From contig CAVPGH010000002.1 of the NCBI GenBank assembly GCA_963703985.1, forward strand, positions 44,191 through 108,190: DNA of 64,000 bases. The letters are read 5' to 3'. The position numbers and the translations under genes were made by a program. Positions within the stretch are counted from its first letter, which is position 1. Each line of letters begins with the position of its first letter. This document shows, in pieces, positions 10,309 to 20,713 of the stretch. Origin of the DNA: an uncultured Acidobacteriota bacterium. GTDB taxonomy: Bacteria > Acidobacteriota > Vicinamibacteria > Fen-336. A model generated the notes under the pieces. It worked only from the letters and a program-made list of their open reading frames with translations. It made no database searches and was not told where the DNA came from.

Positions 10309-11504
10309 TCCTCGCCCTCGAGCCCTGGCGCCGGAACCAATACGTGATGGTGGCCACGGTCTTCGTGGTCTTCACCGGCTTCGCCTTCGTCCTCCCCTTC
10401 CTTCCTCTTTATGTGCGCGAGCTCGGTGTGGACCGCCCGGACCAGGCGGTCCTCTGGGCGGGAGTCCTGATCGGGATCGCCCCTCTCCTGGCCGGCCTCC
10501 TGGCTCCGGTGTGGGGGCGCCTCGGCGATCGATACGGGCAGAAGGGAATCGCGATCAAGGCCCTCGTCGCCTACGTGGTGCTCCTCGCCCTTTCCTCGCT
10601 GGTCACGAGCGTCGGCCAGCTCCTCGCCCTCCGCATCGGCGTCGGCCTCTTCGGCGGCATCGGCCCCCTCGGCCTGGCCATGGCCACGTCCCTCGCCCCG
10701 CGCGAGGAGACGGGGCGGGCGGTGGGAATGATCCAGGCCGCGCAGATCCTGTCCGCGGCGGTAGGTCCGCTGGCCGGCGGCTGGCTGGCCGACGCGGTCG
10801 GGATCCGCCAGACGTTTCTCGCCACCGCCGCGCTCTGTGGACTCGCCCTCGTTCTCGTGGTCCGCTTCTACCAGGAAGCCCCCCGGGCCGGGAGCACGAG
10901 CGAGCCGGTGCGCACGGGGCTCCTCGACGTGCTCCGGATTCCCAGAGTACCTTCGCTCCTGGTCGTCCTCTTCCTCGTGAACTTCATCGGGCGCTCCTTC
11001 ACGCCCATCCTGCCCCTGCACCTGCACGAGCTGGGGGTGGCATCCACCCGGCTCGCCTCCTCCACCGGGATGCTCATCTCGGTCTACTCGGTCACGGCCG
11101 CCCTCTCGGCGGCGGTCCTGGGTCGCGCCTCGCGCACGCGCTCCCCCCACGCCCTCCTCGTGGCGACACTCGTGGGCGGCGCCTTGACCGTGCTGCCCAT
11201 GGCCCGCGTGCCGTCCTACGGGGGGATCCTCTTCCTCGCCGGTCTGCTCGGCCTCGCCTCCGGCGGCTCCCTGACCCTCTGCTACACGATCGGGGGGCTC
11301 ATGGTCCCCCCGGGAATCAAGACCACCGCCTTCGGCTTCTTCTCGGGCGCGGCCCTCTTCGGGGGGGCGCTGTCGCCGTCGGTCGCGGGCCTGCTCGCGC
11401 GCTGGCACCTTCGCGGGATCTACTTCGTGGACGCGGCGCTCTACCTGCTGCTCGCGCTCGCCCTGGCGTGGCCTCTCCGAAAAGGAGTAGATTCGAGGGG
11501 ATGA
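10305..11504 (+). CDS. MFS transporter (DHA1-like)
   Basis: About 12 TM; PFLPLYVRELG, WGRLGDRYGQK motif A; GTGA overlap with acpS. Confidence 0.9.
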   Translation: MILALEPWRRNQYVMVATVFVVFTGFAFVLPFLPLYVRELGVDRPDQAVLWAGVLIGIAPLLAGLLAPVWGRLGDRYGQKGIAIKALVAYVVLLALSSLVTSVGQLLALRIGVGLFGGIGPLGLAMATSLAPREETGRAVGMIQAAQILSAAVGPLAGGWLADAVGIRQTFLATAALCGLALVLVVRFYQEAPRAGSTSEPVRTGLLDVLRIPRVPSLLVVLFLVNFIGRSFTPILPLHLHELGVASTRLASSTGMLISVYSVTAALSAAVLGRASRTRSPHALLVATLVGGALTVLPMARVPSYGGILFLAGLLGLASGGSLTLCYTIGGLMVPPGIKTTAFGFFSGAALFGGALSPSVAGLLARWHLRGIYFVDAALYLLLALALAWPLRKGVDSRG

Positions 11505-11800
11505 AGCTGTGCCACCGCTGTGGCAACGAGATCCAGCTCCTCTCCGAGCTGCAGCGAACCGACTCGTGCGGCAACTGCCTGTCCGACCTGAAGTGCTGCC
11601 TGAACTGCCGCTTCTTCGATCCCGGCTTCAACAACCAGTGCCGGGAGCCTCAGGCCGAGTGGTGCCCGGACAAGGAGAAGGCCAACTTCTGCGAGTTCTT
11701 CGTGTTCGGCGAGACCGCGGGCAATCCGCCGGGGATGGGGGGGGCCCAGTCCGATCGCACGCGGGCCCGGTCCGTCTTCGACTCGCTCTTCAAGAAGTAG
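11501..11800 (+). CDS. Small Cys-rich putative metal-binding protein
   Basis: ATGA overlap, GAGGGG RBS; MKLCHRC...CGNC...CCLNC...C...C...ANFCEFF (10 Cys in 99 aa). Confidence 0.8.
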   Translation: MKLCHRCGNEIQLLSELQRTDSCGNCLSDLKCCLNCRFFDPGFNNQCREPQAEWCPDKEKANFCEFFVFGETAGNPPGMGGAQSDRTRARSVFDSLFKK

Positions 11801-11802
11801 CG

Positions 11803-14475
11803 CTACTCGCTCCGGAGCACCTCGGTCGGCTCGAGCCGGCTGGCCCGGCGGGCGGGCGCCCAGCTGGCCAGCGCCGCCACTGTCGCGAGCGCCGCCGCCA
11901 CCGTCAGGTAGGTGACGGGATCGAAGGGACCCACCGCGTAGAGCAGGCTTCGCGCGACACGGGTCAGGAGGGCGGCCCCGAGCAGGCCGAGCCCCAGTCC
12001 CATCGCCGCCATGACCATCCCGTCGCGCAGGACCGCCCACCGGACCTGCTCCGCCCGTGCGCCGAGGGCCAGCCTCACGCCGATCTCCCGCCGGCGACGG
12101 GCGACCGAGTAGGAGACGACGCCATAGATCCCGACCGCGGCCAGGAGGAGCGCGAGGGCGGCGAAGGCAGCGCAGAGGATCATCGTGAAGCGCGCGCGGC
12201 CCCGCGCGTCGCTCACGTAGGCCTGGAGGGGGCGTACGTCGTAGACGGGGAGCTCGCGGTCGAGCGCGGCCACCGCCCGGCGGACGGAGGCGGCTTGCGC
12301 CACGGGGTCGCCGCTCGCCCGGAGCACCCAGGCCATGGGGTTGCGCGGGCACTGGCGGTGAGGCACGTAGACCTGCTCGCGCACGACCTCGGACAGGCTG
12401 CGGTGCCGGATGTGCCGCACCACGCCCACCACCGTCGTCCACGTCGGCACGAAATCCCCGTCGACCAGGAACTCGACCTGGAGGCGCTGGCCGATGGGGT
12501 CCCGGCCGGGCCAGGCCTTTTCCGCGAGCCTGTCGTCGACGATCACCACCGGGCGTCCCTTCCCGTCGTCCGATTCGGCGAAGGTCCGGCCGGCCACGAG
12601 CTGGGCTCCCACGGTCTCGAACCAGCCCGGGCTCACGGAGCGCGAGTCCGCCTCACGTCCACCGCGCGACTTCTCGTCCACGCCGTCGAAGGCATAGGGA
12701 GTCGACCAGTTGGGCGCGTCGTCGTAGGGCAGCGTGCTCACCTCGCCCACCGCTTCCACGCCCGGCAGCGCACGGAGCCGCTCTTCCAACCCACGGGCGA
12801 AGGCCACGACGGCCTCACGGTCGGGGTAGCGCGTCCCGGGCATCCCGAGGCGGAAGGTCAGCACGCGCTCGGCGCGAAAGCCGGGGTCGATGCGCTGCAG
12901 CTCGAGGAAGCTGCGCACGAGCAGGCCCGCTCCCACGAGGAGCACCGTGCCCAGCGCCACCTCCGAAACCACGAGGAGGCGTCTCACCCGCCGGCGCGGT
13001 GCATCGTCGCCGGAGCGCCCGGCGCCCCGCAGCACGCCCGCGAGGTCGAGGCGGATCGCTCCCGCCAGGCCCACGAACGAGACGACCAGGGCGGCGAGGA
13101 GACCGGCCCCCGCGGTGAAGACGAGCACGGGCGCGTCGAGCTCCACGCGGTCGAAGCGGGCGAGCGCCGCCGGCCGCAGGGCGAGGAGCACGTCGAGCAG
13201 GACGTTGCCCAGGGCGAGGCCGGCGACGAGGCCGAGGCCGGCCAGGAGCAGCGTCTCCACCAGGACCTGCCGGACGAGCCGGCCGCGGGTGGCGCCGAGC
13301 GCGGCCCGCACCGCCATCTGCTCGCGCCGGGCGAGCTCGCGGCCGAGGAGCAGGTTGGCCACGTTCACGCACGCGAGGAGCAGGACGAGTCCGACCGCGG
13401 CCAGGAGCGTGATGAGGGCGGGCCGGGCCTCGCGCACGGCGTCGTCCTTCAGGCCGACCGCGAAGAAGCTGCGGCCGGAGGCCGAGTACTCGGCGTGCGC
13501 GGCCTCGGTACGTTTGCCGATGGCCCCGATCTCCTGCGCGGCCTCTGCGGGCGACGCCCCCGGGGCCAGGCGGCCGATCGTGCGCAGGTAGTACAGGCTG
13601 CGGGGGTCGCGGGGGAGATCGGTGGGGAAGGGCACGAAGGCCTGGAGCTCGGCGGGCACGCTCGAGTCCGCGGGAAACAGGAAGCGCAGGCCCGGAGGGG
13701 CGATGCCCACCACCGTGAGCGTCGCGCCGTCCAGGCGGGCGGCGCGGCCGACGATCCCCGGGTCGGCCCCGAAGCGGCGGCGCCAGAGGCCGTCCGACAG
13801 GATCACGGCTCCGGGGGCTCCTTTGCCCTCCTCCCCGGGCTCGAAGCTCCGTCCGAGCGCGGGCTCGGCTCCCAGCACCGAGAAGAAGTTCGCGGTGACG
13901 AGCCCGACCCGGAGCTGCTCCGGCTCTCCCTCTCCCGTGATCTGGGCCGACGTGGCCCAGATCGAGGCGAAGCCCTCGAAGCGGCGGGCCTGCTCGCGCA
14001 GGTCGGTGAGCTCCGGGCCGGAGATCGGCCCGCGGTGGTACCCGGCGCGGTCGAGGTTCGACCAGATGAACATCAACCGGTCCGCTTCCCGGTAGGGCAG
14101 CGGGGCCAGCAGCACCGCCTGCACCACGCTGAAGACCGCGGCGTTCGCCCCGATGGCGAGGGCGAGCGTCGCCACCACCGCGGCGGCAAAGCCGGGATTG
14201 CGGCGGAGCTGGCGCGCCGCGAAGAGGAGGTCGCGGCCGAGGGCCTCGAGGCCGGCGCCCGCACGCACGTCGCGCACGCCTTCCTTCACCGCCTCGACCC
14301 CGCCCAGATCCACCGCGGCCAACCGCCGCGCTTCCTCCCGTCCGAGCCCCTGCGCCTGCTTGTCCTCGGCCGCGAGATCCAGGAACGCGCGCAGCTCCTC
14401 GTCCAGCTCGCGCTCGCGCGCCGCGCTCCGCCGCAGGTTCCGCCAGAGGGCGCGCAGACGGGAGAAGGCGGCCAT
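11803..14475 (-). CDS. ADOP-type duplicated ABC permease (MacB/FtsX-like repeats)
   Basis: ELDEEL, RNPGF...TLALAIGANAAVFS, LACVNVANLL, RRREIGVRLALGA, PARRAS. Confidence 0.95.
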   Translation of the reverse strand: MAAFSRLRALWRNLRRSAARERELDEELRAFLDLAAEDKQAQGLGREEARRLAAVDLGGVEAVKEGVRDVRAGAGLEALGRDLLFAARQLRRNPGFAAAVVATLALAIGANAAVFSVVQAVLLAPLPYREADRLMFIWSNLDRAGYHRGPISGPELTDLREQARRFEGFASIWATSAQITGEGEPEQLRVGLVTANFFSVLGAEPALGRSFEPGEEGKGAPGAVILSDGLWRRRFGADPGIVGRAARLDGATLTVVGIAPPGLRFLFPADSSVPAELQAFVPFPTDLPRDPRSLYYLRTIGRLAPGASPAEAAQEIGAIGKRTEAAHAEYSASGRSFFAVGLKDDAVREARPALITLLAAVGLVLLLACVNVANLLLGRELARREQMAVRAALGATRGRLVRQVLVETLLLAGLGLVAGLALGNVLLDVLLALRPAALARFDRVELDAPVLVFTAGAGLLAALVVSFVGLAGAIRLDLAGVLRGAGRSGDDAPRRRVRRLLVVSEVALGTVLLVGAGLLVRSFLELQRIDPGFRAERVLTFRLGMPGTRYPDREAVVAFARGLEERLRALPGVEAVGEVSTLPYDDAPNWSTPYAFDGVDEKSRGGREADSRSVSPGWFETVGAQLVAGRTFAESDDGKGRPVVIVDDRLAEKAWPGRDPIGQRLQVEFLVDGDFVPTWTTVVGVVRHIRHRSLSEVVREQVYVPHRQCPRNPMAWVLRASGDPVAQAASVRRAVAALDRELPVYDVRPLQAYVSDARGRARFTMILCAAFAALALLLAAVGIYGVVSYSVARRRREIGVRLALGARAEQVRWAVLRDGMVMAAMGLGLGLLGAALLTRVARSLLYAVGPFDPVTYLTVAAALATVAALASWAPARRASRLEPTEVLRSE

Positions 14476-14476
14476 C

Positions 14477-14812
14477 TCAGCCCTCCGTGGCGCGCAGCAC
14501 GCGCGCGATGGCCTGGGACACCTGCTCCCAGTTCCGGGTCTCGGCTTCGAGCCGCCTCTCCCCCGCCCGCGTCAGCGAGTAGAAGCGCGCCCGCCGGTTG
14601 TTCTCGGACCGGCCCCAGCGCCCGGCCACCAGCCCCTGCTCCTCGAGCCGGTAGAGCGCGGGGAAGAACGTCCCCGGGTTCACGTGGAAGACCCCGCGGG
14701 TGAGCTGCTGGAGGCGCTGGGAGACCCCGTAGCCGTGGAGGGGCTCCAGGGACAGCGTGCGCAGGATGAGCAGGTCGAGGGTCCCCTGGAGCAGCTCGCT
14801 CTTCTCGCTCAA
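14477..14812 (-). CDS. PadR-family transcriptional regulator (acidobacterial type)
   Basis: LLQGTLDLLIL...HGYG...PALYRLE...SENNRRARFYSLT. Confidence 0.95.
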   Translation of the reverse strand: MSEKSELLQGTLDLLILRTLSLEPLHGYGVSQRLQQLTRGVFHVNPGTFFPALYRLEEQGLVAGRWGRSENNRRARFYSLTRAGERRLEAETRNWEQVSQAIARVLRATEG

Positions 14813-14822
14813 GAGCCTGCCT

Positions 14823-14871
14823 CCTATCGAGAATCTATAGGATCGGCACTTACCTATTGTTTGTCAACAGG
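14823..14871. promoter_or_regulatory. Two 19-bp imperfect palindromes, putative PadR operators
   Basis: CCTATCGAGAATCTATAGG (14823-14841) and CCTATTGTTTGTCAACAGG (14853-14871); the second contains minus-strand TTGACA. Confidence 0.65.
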
Positions 14872-14988
14872 AAGCTCGTTCAGTCGCTTGGAGCGGTCTG
14901 GGATCTGCGAGATACCTGCTCAGCGCTACTGTTCTACCCATTCCGGACGGAGTTGGGTGAATGGCCTTCGTCGCCTTCTTTCGAGTCG

Positions 14989-17146
14989 CTAGGCCGAGGC
15001 CGCGCTCGCCGCCCGTGAGGCGGCGACCACGCGGTTGCGTCCCCCCTGCTTGGCCGCGTAGAGCGCACGGTCGGCGGAGGCGAGCAGGGCCTCCGGCTCC
15101 TGGCCGTCCGCCGGCCACACCGCCGCCCCCAGGCTCGCGTGGATCTCGAGGCGCGCGCCCTCGAAGACGAGCCGGTGCTTCTCGATCGCCCCCCGCACGC
15201 GCTCGGCGAGGTGCAGGGCCCCTTCCTCGTCGGTGCCGGGAAGGATGACCACGAACTCCTCCCCCCCGTAGCGGGCGGCGAGGTCGCCCTTGCGCAGGTG
15301 CTGGGTCAGCACCCGGGCCGAGGCGCGCAGGGCGGCATCCCCCGCGGGGTGGCCGTAGGTGTCGTTGAGCTTCTTGAAGTGGTCGAGGTCCAGGAGGATC
15401 AAGGCGAGCCGGCCCTGCTGGCGGTCCTCGCGCGCGAGGGCCTGGACGAGCAGCTCGTCGAAGGCGCGCCGGTTGTACAGGTCGGTGAGGCCGTCGCGCA
15501 CCGCCAGCTCCTTCTGGCGCTCGCGGTCCTGGATCAGGGACAGGGTGGCCGCGGCCTGGTTGGCGAGGATCCCGAGCACGCGGTGCGAGGCCGCGTCGAA
15601 GGAGCCGCGGGGCCCGGTGAGGACGAGCGCGCCCAGCGTGCGGTTGCGCGCCTTCAGGGGCACGGCGAGCATCGACTCCGCGCGGCCCGCGGGCTCGTCG
15701 AGCACGAGGATGGGCATGCGGTCCTCGCGGGAGGCGACGTTGTCGAGCAGGTACGGATCCTCGGCGCTGCGCAGCACCCAGGCCGCCCACGTCTTCTCCT
15801 CGAGGCCGACCTCGCGCTTCGAGTAGTCCGCGGCCCAGCCGTGGCACTCCTCCACCACGTAGCGCGACTGCAGCTCGTCCGCCATCACGACCGCCGCCCC
15901 GTCGAGGCGGACGAGGTTGCGGGCGGAGCGCAGGAGCAGGCTCCGCACCTCCGACTCGCGCACGAGCGTGCTCAGCCGCTGCGAGATCGGGTAGACGGCC
16001 TTGAACTCCGCATCCAGCTCCTCCCGGGAGAGCGAGGCCCGCGCCCGGCGGATCGAGTCCGCGGCGAGCTCGGCGAACGACTCGAGGAGGGCGGGGTCGT
16101 CCCCGGTGAGGGCCTGCACCTCCTGGCGCTCGGCCACGAGCAGACCGGCGATCACGTCCCCGGTGCGCACGGGGAGGGCGAGGAGCGTCCCGACTCTCGT
16201 CTCCTCGCGGTACCAGGGCAGGCGGTGGAGGAGCCGCTTGAAGTCGGTCGCGTAGAAGGGCGCGCCCCGCTCGAGCACGAAGGCGAAGGGGTCGTCGCTG
16301 GTTTGGACGATCGCATCGGTGACCAGGCTCGCCGGCCCCCGCGCGGCGCGAAGGAAGGCCTTCTCGCGGCCCCGGTCGATGTCGAAGTAGAGGACGGCGT
16401 GGGCGCGGAGCGCGGCCTGGGCCACCGCGACCAGGCGCGCGAGGTCCTCGCCCAGCTCGGCGGCGCGGTCGAGCTGGCGGGCGCGCCGACCCTCTTCCGA
16501 AACCTGGCGGAGCGCCTGCGCGGCGGGCGAGGGCCGCGCGATGCCGGCGCCCCCTTCCACGTCGTCGAGCTGGTCGATGTCGTGCTTGAGGCGGGCGAGC
16601 TCGGCCAGCGTGGCGGCGAGCCGGCGCTTCTCTCCCGCCAGCGCGCGGTCGATCACGAGCACGATCGCGGCATAGGCGAGGGCGGCGGCCACGGCCGCCC
16701 GCCAACCGGCGCCGGGCAGGCGCAGGAGCGGCGACGCGGTGAGGACGGCGCACAAGGCGGCGACCGCGAAAGCGACGGGCAGGGTCTCCGCCACCGCGAG
16801 GGCGGCCACGAGCACCGCGAGCAGGGGCCACACCGGCCACCCCAGCGGCGAGAGGAGCTGCCCGAGCGCGTCCAGGGCGAGGGCGAGGAAGGCATAGAGG
16901 GCCAGCGTCTCTGCGCGGCCGCGACCCCGAAGCGAGGAGAGCAGGGCCGCGCCGGTCACCCCCAGCGCCGATGGCGACGGTGTAGGTGAGCTTCAACCAG
17001 GGCGAGACGGGCGAGGCGAGCGGCCGGAGGAGGGCGACGAGGGTGAGGACGCCCGCGAGGCCGAGCGCCACCTGCCCCGCCTTCCAGCGGACACGGATGT
17101 CGAGGATGGGCTCCTTCGGGCGGGCGGTCTCGGGGGTTCCGCTCAG
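14989..17146 (-). CDS. Membrane GAF-GAF-GGDEF diguanylate cyclase (frameshift near 16960; start uncertain)
   Basis: DGLTDLYNRR, DLDHFKKLND, RKGD I-site, RYGGEEF; TM N-terminus continues upstream in another frame. Confidence 0.9.
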
Positions 17147-18541
17147 GCGGACTGCTCCTCCCGGCCCAGGACCAGGGCGTAGGCCAGCAGGTCCTGCTCG
17201 GTGAGGCCCAGCCGCTCGAGGTGCGCGTAGTAGTTCCGCAGGCCGTCCAGGTGCTGCGACACCACCGCCTTCTTCTCCCGGACCTCCTTGACCACGCGCA
17301 GCAGGAGCTGGACGAGGCGGGGCGTGACCTCCACCCCCGCCGCCGTGAGCTCGGCGCGGTGCGCACCGAGCACCGCCTCGATGGCCATGGCCCCCGAGTG
17401 CTTGCCGAACAGGAAGCGGAGCTGGCCGCCCACGCTGTCGGGCTCGATCACCTGGTAGATCGCGGGGTGGATGGTGATGCCGGCGGTGTGGATCCCCGTC
17501 TCGTGGCTGAAGACGTTGTGGCCGATGATGGGCTCGCGTCGCCCCCACGGGCAGCCCGCTGCACTCCTCGACCTTGCGCCGCAGGGCCCAGAGCATGTCG
17601 TAGCGGAAGCCGGGGATGGTCACCCCGTACAGCTCCTTCAGGATCATCACCGTGGTGTGGAGCGGCGCGTTGCCCGCACGCTCCCCGAGCCCGTTCACGG
17701 TGCAGGTGGGGATGGTGGCGCCGTGGTGGAGCGCGCGCACGGTGTTGTAGGCGGCGAGACCGAAGTCGTTGTGGAAATGGACGACCAGCGGCTTCGTGGG
17801 AAAAGCGGCCACGAGCTTCGGGATGTAGTAGTCGACGCCCTCGGGCGCGAAGAAGCCCACGGTGTCGGGGAACGAGTAGCGCGTGCCCCCCGCCTTGTAG
17901 CAGGCGTCGGCCAGCGCGATCAGGTAGTCGACGTCGGCCCGGGAGCCGTCCTCCCCCCCGAACTCGATCTCGGCGACCCCCCGGCGGCGCGCGTGGGCGA
18001 TGGCCCCGCAGGCCATCCGGATGTTGGCTTCCCGGTAGAAGGAGACGGGCAGGTCCAGCCATTCCTCCGGCTTGCGCCCCTCGAGACCGAGGAGCGTCTT
18101 CCCGATCTTGTACTTGAGGTGCAGGTCGGAGCCGGACGTGAAGATGAAGAACGTGCAGTCGTCGGGCCGGGCGCCCATCTTCTCCAGCGTGTCGAGGGTG
18201 ACGTCGATGTCCCGGACGTTCGAGCGGCACATCACGATGATCTCGAGGTCGGGACGGATGCGGCCCTTCTTCTTCCCTTCGAGGATCAGCTCCAGGGCCC
18301 GCCGCTCGGAGGGGGCGGCGGAGGGGAAGCCCATGTCGAGGATGTGCAGGCCCGCGTCCGAGAGCAGGCAGGCCATCTCGTACTTCTGCTCGGGGGTGAA
18401 GGCGACGCCCGGCGTCTGCTCGCCGTCCCGGAGTGTCGTGTCGTAGAGCCGGATCTCCTTGGCCCGCGGGAACGCGGTTTCCGCCGTGAAGCGGGAGGGC
18501 GGGGCGATCAGCGTGTCCAGGGGCTCGCGGGGATCGATCAT
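17143..18541 (-). CDS. DRE-TIM isopropylmalate/homocitrate/citramalate synthase family enzyme without regulatory domain (frameshift near 17540)
   Basis: DTTLRDGEQTPG, PDTVG, HFHNDFG, GLGERAGNA, FSHETGIH, FGKHSG. Confidence 0.9.
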
Positions 18542-18618
18542 CGGGGCGGGACTTCCTTTCCGTCCCTCGCCGATCATAGCAGCTTCCCTTCTCCATCTCC
18601 GGCTGGTAGGGTTCCGCC

Positions 18619-19974
18619 GTGGACCCCGTCACCGAGCGCGCCATCGCCGACTATGACGCCCTTCTCCGCGACGAGCCGGGCGCTGCGTGAAGAGCTGGAA
18701 GCGAACTTCTTCGAGAGGATGCGCGCCTCCGGCATCACGTTCGGCGGGCCGCGTCTTCTGCTCGTTCCCCCGGCCCAACCTCGTCTCCGCCGGCGTCTAC
18801 GAGCAGATCCGCGGCGTGTGCCGCGGCATCTTCCGCGCGGTCGAGAAGGTCGACCGGCGCGCTCGGCCCCGGCCTGTGGGACCTCGTGGACCTCACCCCG
18901 GAAGAGCGCGAGCTGGTGGCGATCGATCCCGGCTTCCGCCGCTCCTCCCCGTCGGCCCGCCTGGACTCCTTCCTCACCACCTCCGCCTACCAGTTCGTGG
19001 AGCTGAACGCGGAGACCCCCGCGGGCGATCGCCTACGCGGAGGTGCTCGTCGAGGTCTTCCTCGAGCTGCCGGTCATCCGGAAGTTCCAGGAGCGCTATA
19101 CCCTCGGCCGCTTCCGCACCCAGGAGCGCCTGCTCGAGACGCTGCCTCGAGCTGCTACCGCGAGGCGGGGGGCCGGGACGAGCATCCCACGATCGCGGTC
19201 GTGGACTACGAGGACGTGCCCACGCGCACCGAGCACCACCTGTTCCGCGAGTTCTTCGAGTCGAGGGGCTGCCCCGCGATCGTCTGCGACCCGCGCCACC
19301 TCACCTACGAGGGCGGACAGCTGCGCCACGACGGGAAGGCGATCGACATCGTCTACAAGCGTCTCCTCGTGAACGAGTTCCTGGAGCGGCGCGCGCGAGC
19401 TCCAGGCCGCTCCTCGCAGGCCGCGCGGGACCGCGCGATCATGCTCGTGAACCCGTTCCGCTGCAAGCCCATCCACAAGAAGGCCATCTTCGCGGTCCTC
19501 ACCGACGACGAGATGCAGAAGCACTTCACCGACGAGGAGCGCACGGCCATCCGTGCCCACGTGCCCTGGACGCGGCGCGTCCGCGAGGGAAAGACGACGC
19601 TCGACGGCGAGACCATCGACCTGCCCGCTTCGATCCTGGCCCACCGCGAGCGGCTGGTCATGAAGCCCAACGACGAGTACGGCGGCAAGGGCGTGTTCAT
19701 CGGCTGGGAGAGCTCGGCCGCGGAGTGGGAGCAGGCTCTGGCCACCGCGCTCCGCTCCTCCTACGTCGTGCAGCAAAAGGTCGAGCTGCTGCGGCAGAGC
19801 TTCCCCGAGCTGGCACCCGATCTGCGCTTCCGCGACTTCGTGGTGGACCTCGACCCCTACGTCTTCGACGGCGAGGTGGAGGGATTCCTGACCCGCCTCT
19901 CCGGGACGTCGCTCGCCAACGTCACCTCGGGGGGCGGACAGGTGCCGGCGTTCCTGGTCGAGCCGCGTGCCTGA
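18619..19974 (+). CDS. Circularly permuted ATP-grasp ligase (several frameshifts)
   Basis: ARLDSF...FVELNAETP, IDIVYKR, VNPFRCK..HKK, VPWTR, VMKPNDEYGGKGV, YVVQQ, RLS...LANVTSGGG. Confidence 0.8.
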
Positions 19975-20335
19975 AGGCGTCCTGCTCCTCGACCGCCGCA
20001 TCAGCGCGTCGGAGCTGGCCCGTCTCGTCAAGGCCCACTTCGAAGACATGGTGAAGTACGTCGTGGACGTCCAGAAGGGGCTCATCGCAATCGGCGGCGA
20101 GATGCACGTGGATGCGGAGGAGGTCCTGCTGGAGGCGGGCAGCCGGCAGGCCGACCTCTGGGGAGCGAACTACTACCCGGGTCGAGGGCGCGGCGGCTGC
20201 ATCGAATACACCTCCCTCATCAACATACGTCCGGCCGCCGGAAACCGCGGAATGGAGATCCAGGACCCCGCGCTGCGGGCCAGGGTCTCCGAGATCACGT
20301 TTGCCCTGATCGGCGAGGGAGAGGCGCTCGTATGA
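19967..20335 (+). CDS. DUF5674-like protein
   Basis: DMVKYVVDV...GGEMHVDAE...GSRQADLWGANYYP...SLINIRP..GNR recognised from memory of the family. Confidence 0.75.
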   Translation: MPEGVLLLDRRISASELARLVKAHFEDMVKYVVDVQKGLIAIGGEMHVDAEEVLLEAGSRQADLWGANYYPGRGRGGCIEYTSLINIRPAAGNRGMEIQDPALRARVSEITFALIGEGEALV

Positions 20336-20688
20336 CTCAACACGCGTCTCTTTCCCCCGAGCGGTGGGCTCGATTCTCGTTCGCCCAGCGGCTACTGATG
20401 ATCGCCAACGAGATGAACCGCGCCTCGAAGCTGTTTGAACCCGGGGACGGCGACCGGCTGCGTGCGGGCTACGAGCGAGTCCTGGCCCTGGCCGACCTCA
20501 CGATCCAGGTGCCCGATCGGCGCCAGAGGCGGCGCGAGCTGCTGCGGTGGCGCGACCTGATCGCCGCCCTCTACATCGCACCCGCTCCCGATCCGCACGG
20601 GCACGGGGCCGCGTTCCGGGCCCTGCTCCAGTTCCACGCGGAAACCTGGCGCCAGCTCCCCTACGTCACCGGCGCCGCGAGCTTTTGA
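20332..20688 (+). CDS. Small helical hypothetical protein coupled to the DUF5674 gene
   Basis: ATGA overlap; HASLSPERWARFS...LMIANEMNRA...RRELLRWRD. Confidence 0.75.
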   Translation: MTQHASLSPERWARFSFAQRLLMIANEMNRASKLFEPGDGDRLRAGYERVLALADLTIQVPDRRQRRRELLRWRDLIAALYIAPAPDPHGHGAAFRALLQFHAETWRQLPYVTGAASF

Positions 20689-20713
20689 CCAGCGGCGATC
20701 GCGCGAAAGGACC

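Noticed and set aside
11509-14703. Long antisense or alternate-frame ORFs (also 2797..5049, 22277..25324, 24799..27351, 58486..61875)
   Set aside because: Stop-codon scarcity in high-GC DNA; no motifs, and each overlaps a well-supported gene
14864-18577. 1237-aa ORF as a giant synthase
   Set aside because: Chimera created by frameshifts: synthase N-terminus, a short GGDEF-gene segment, then off-frame junk
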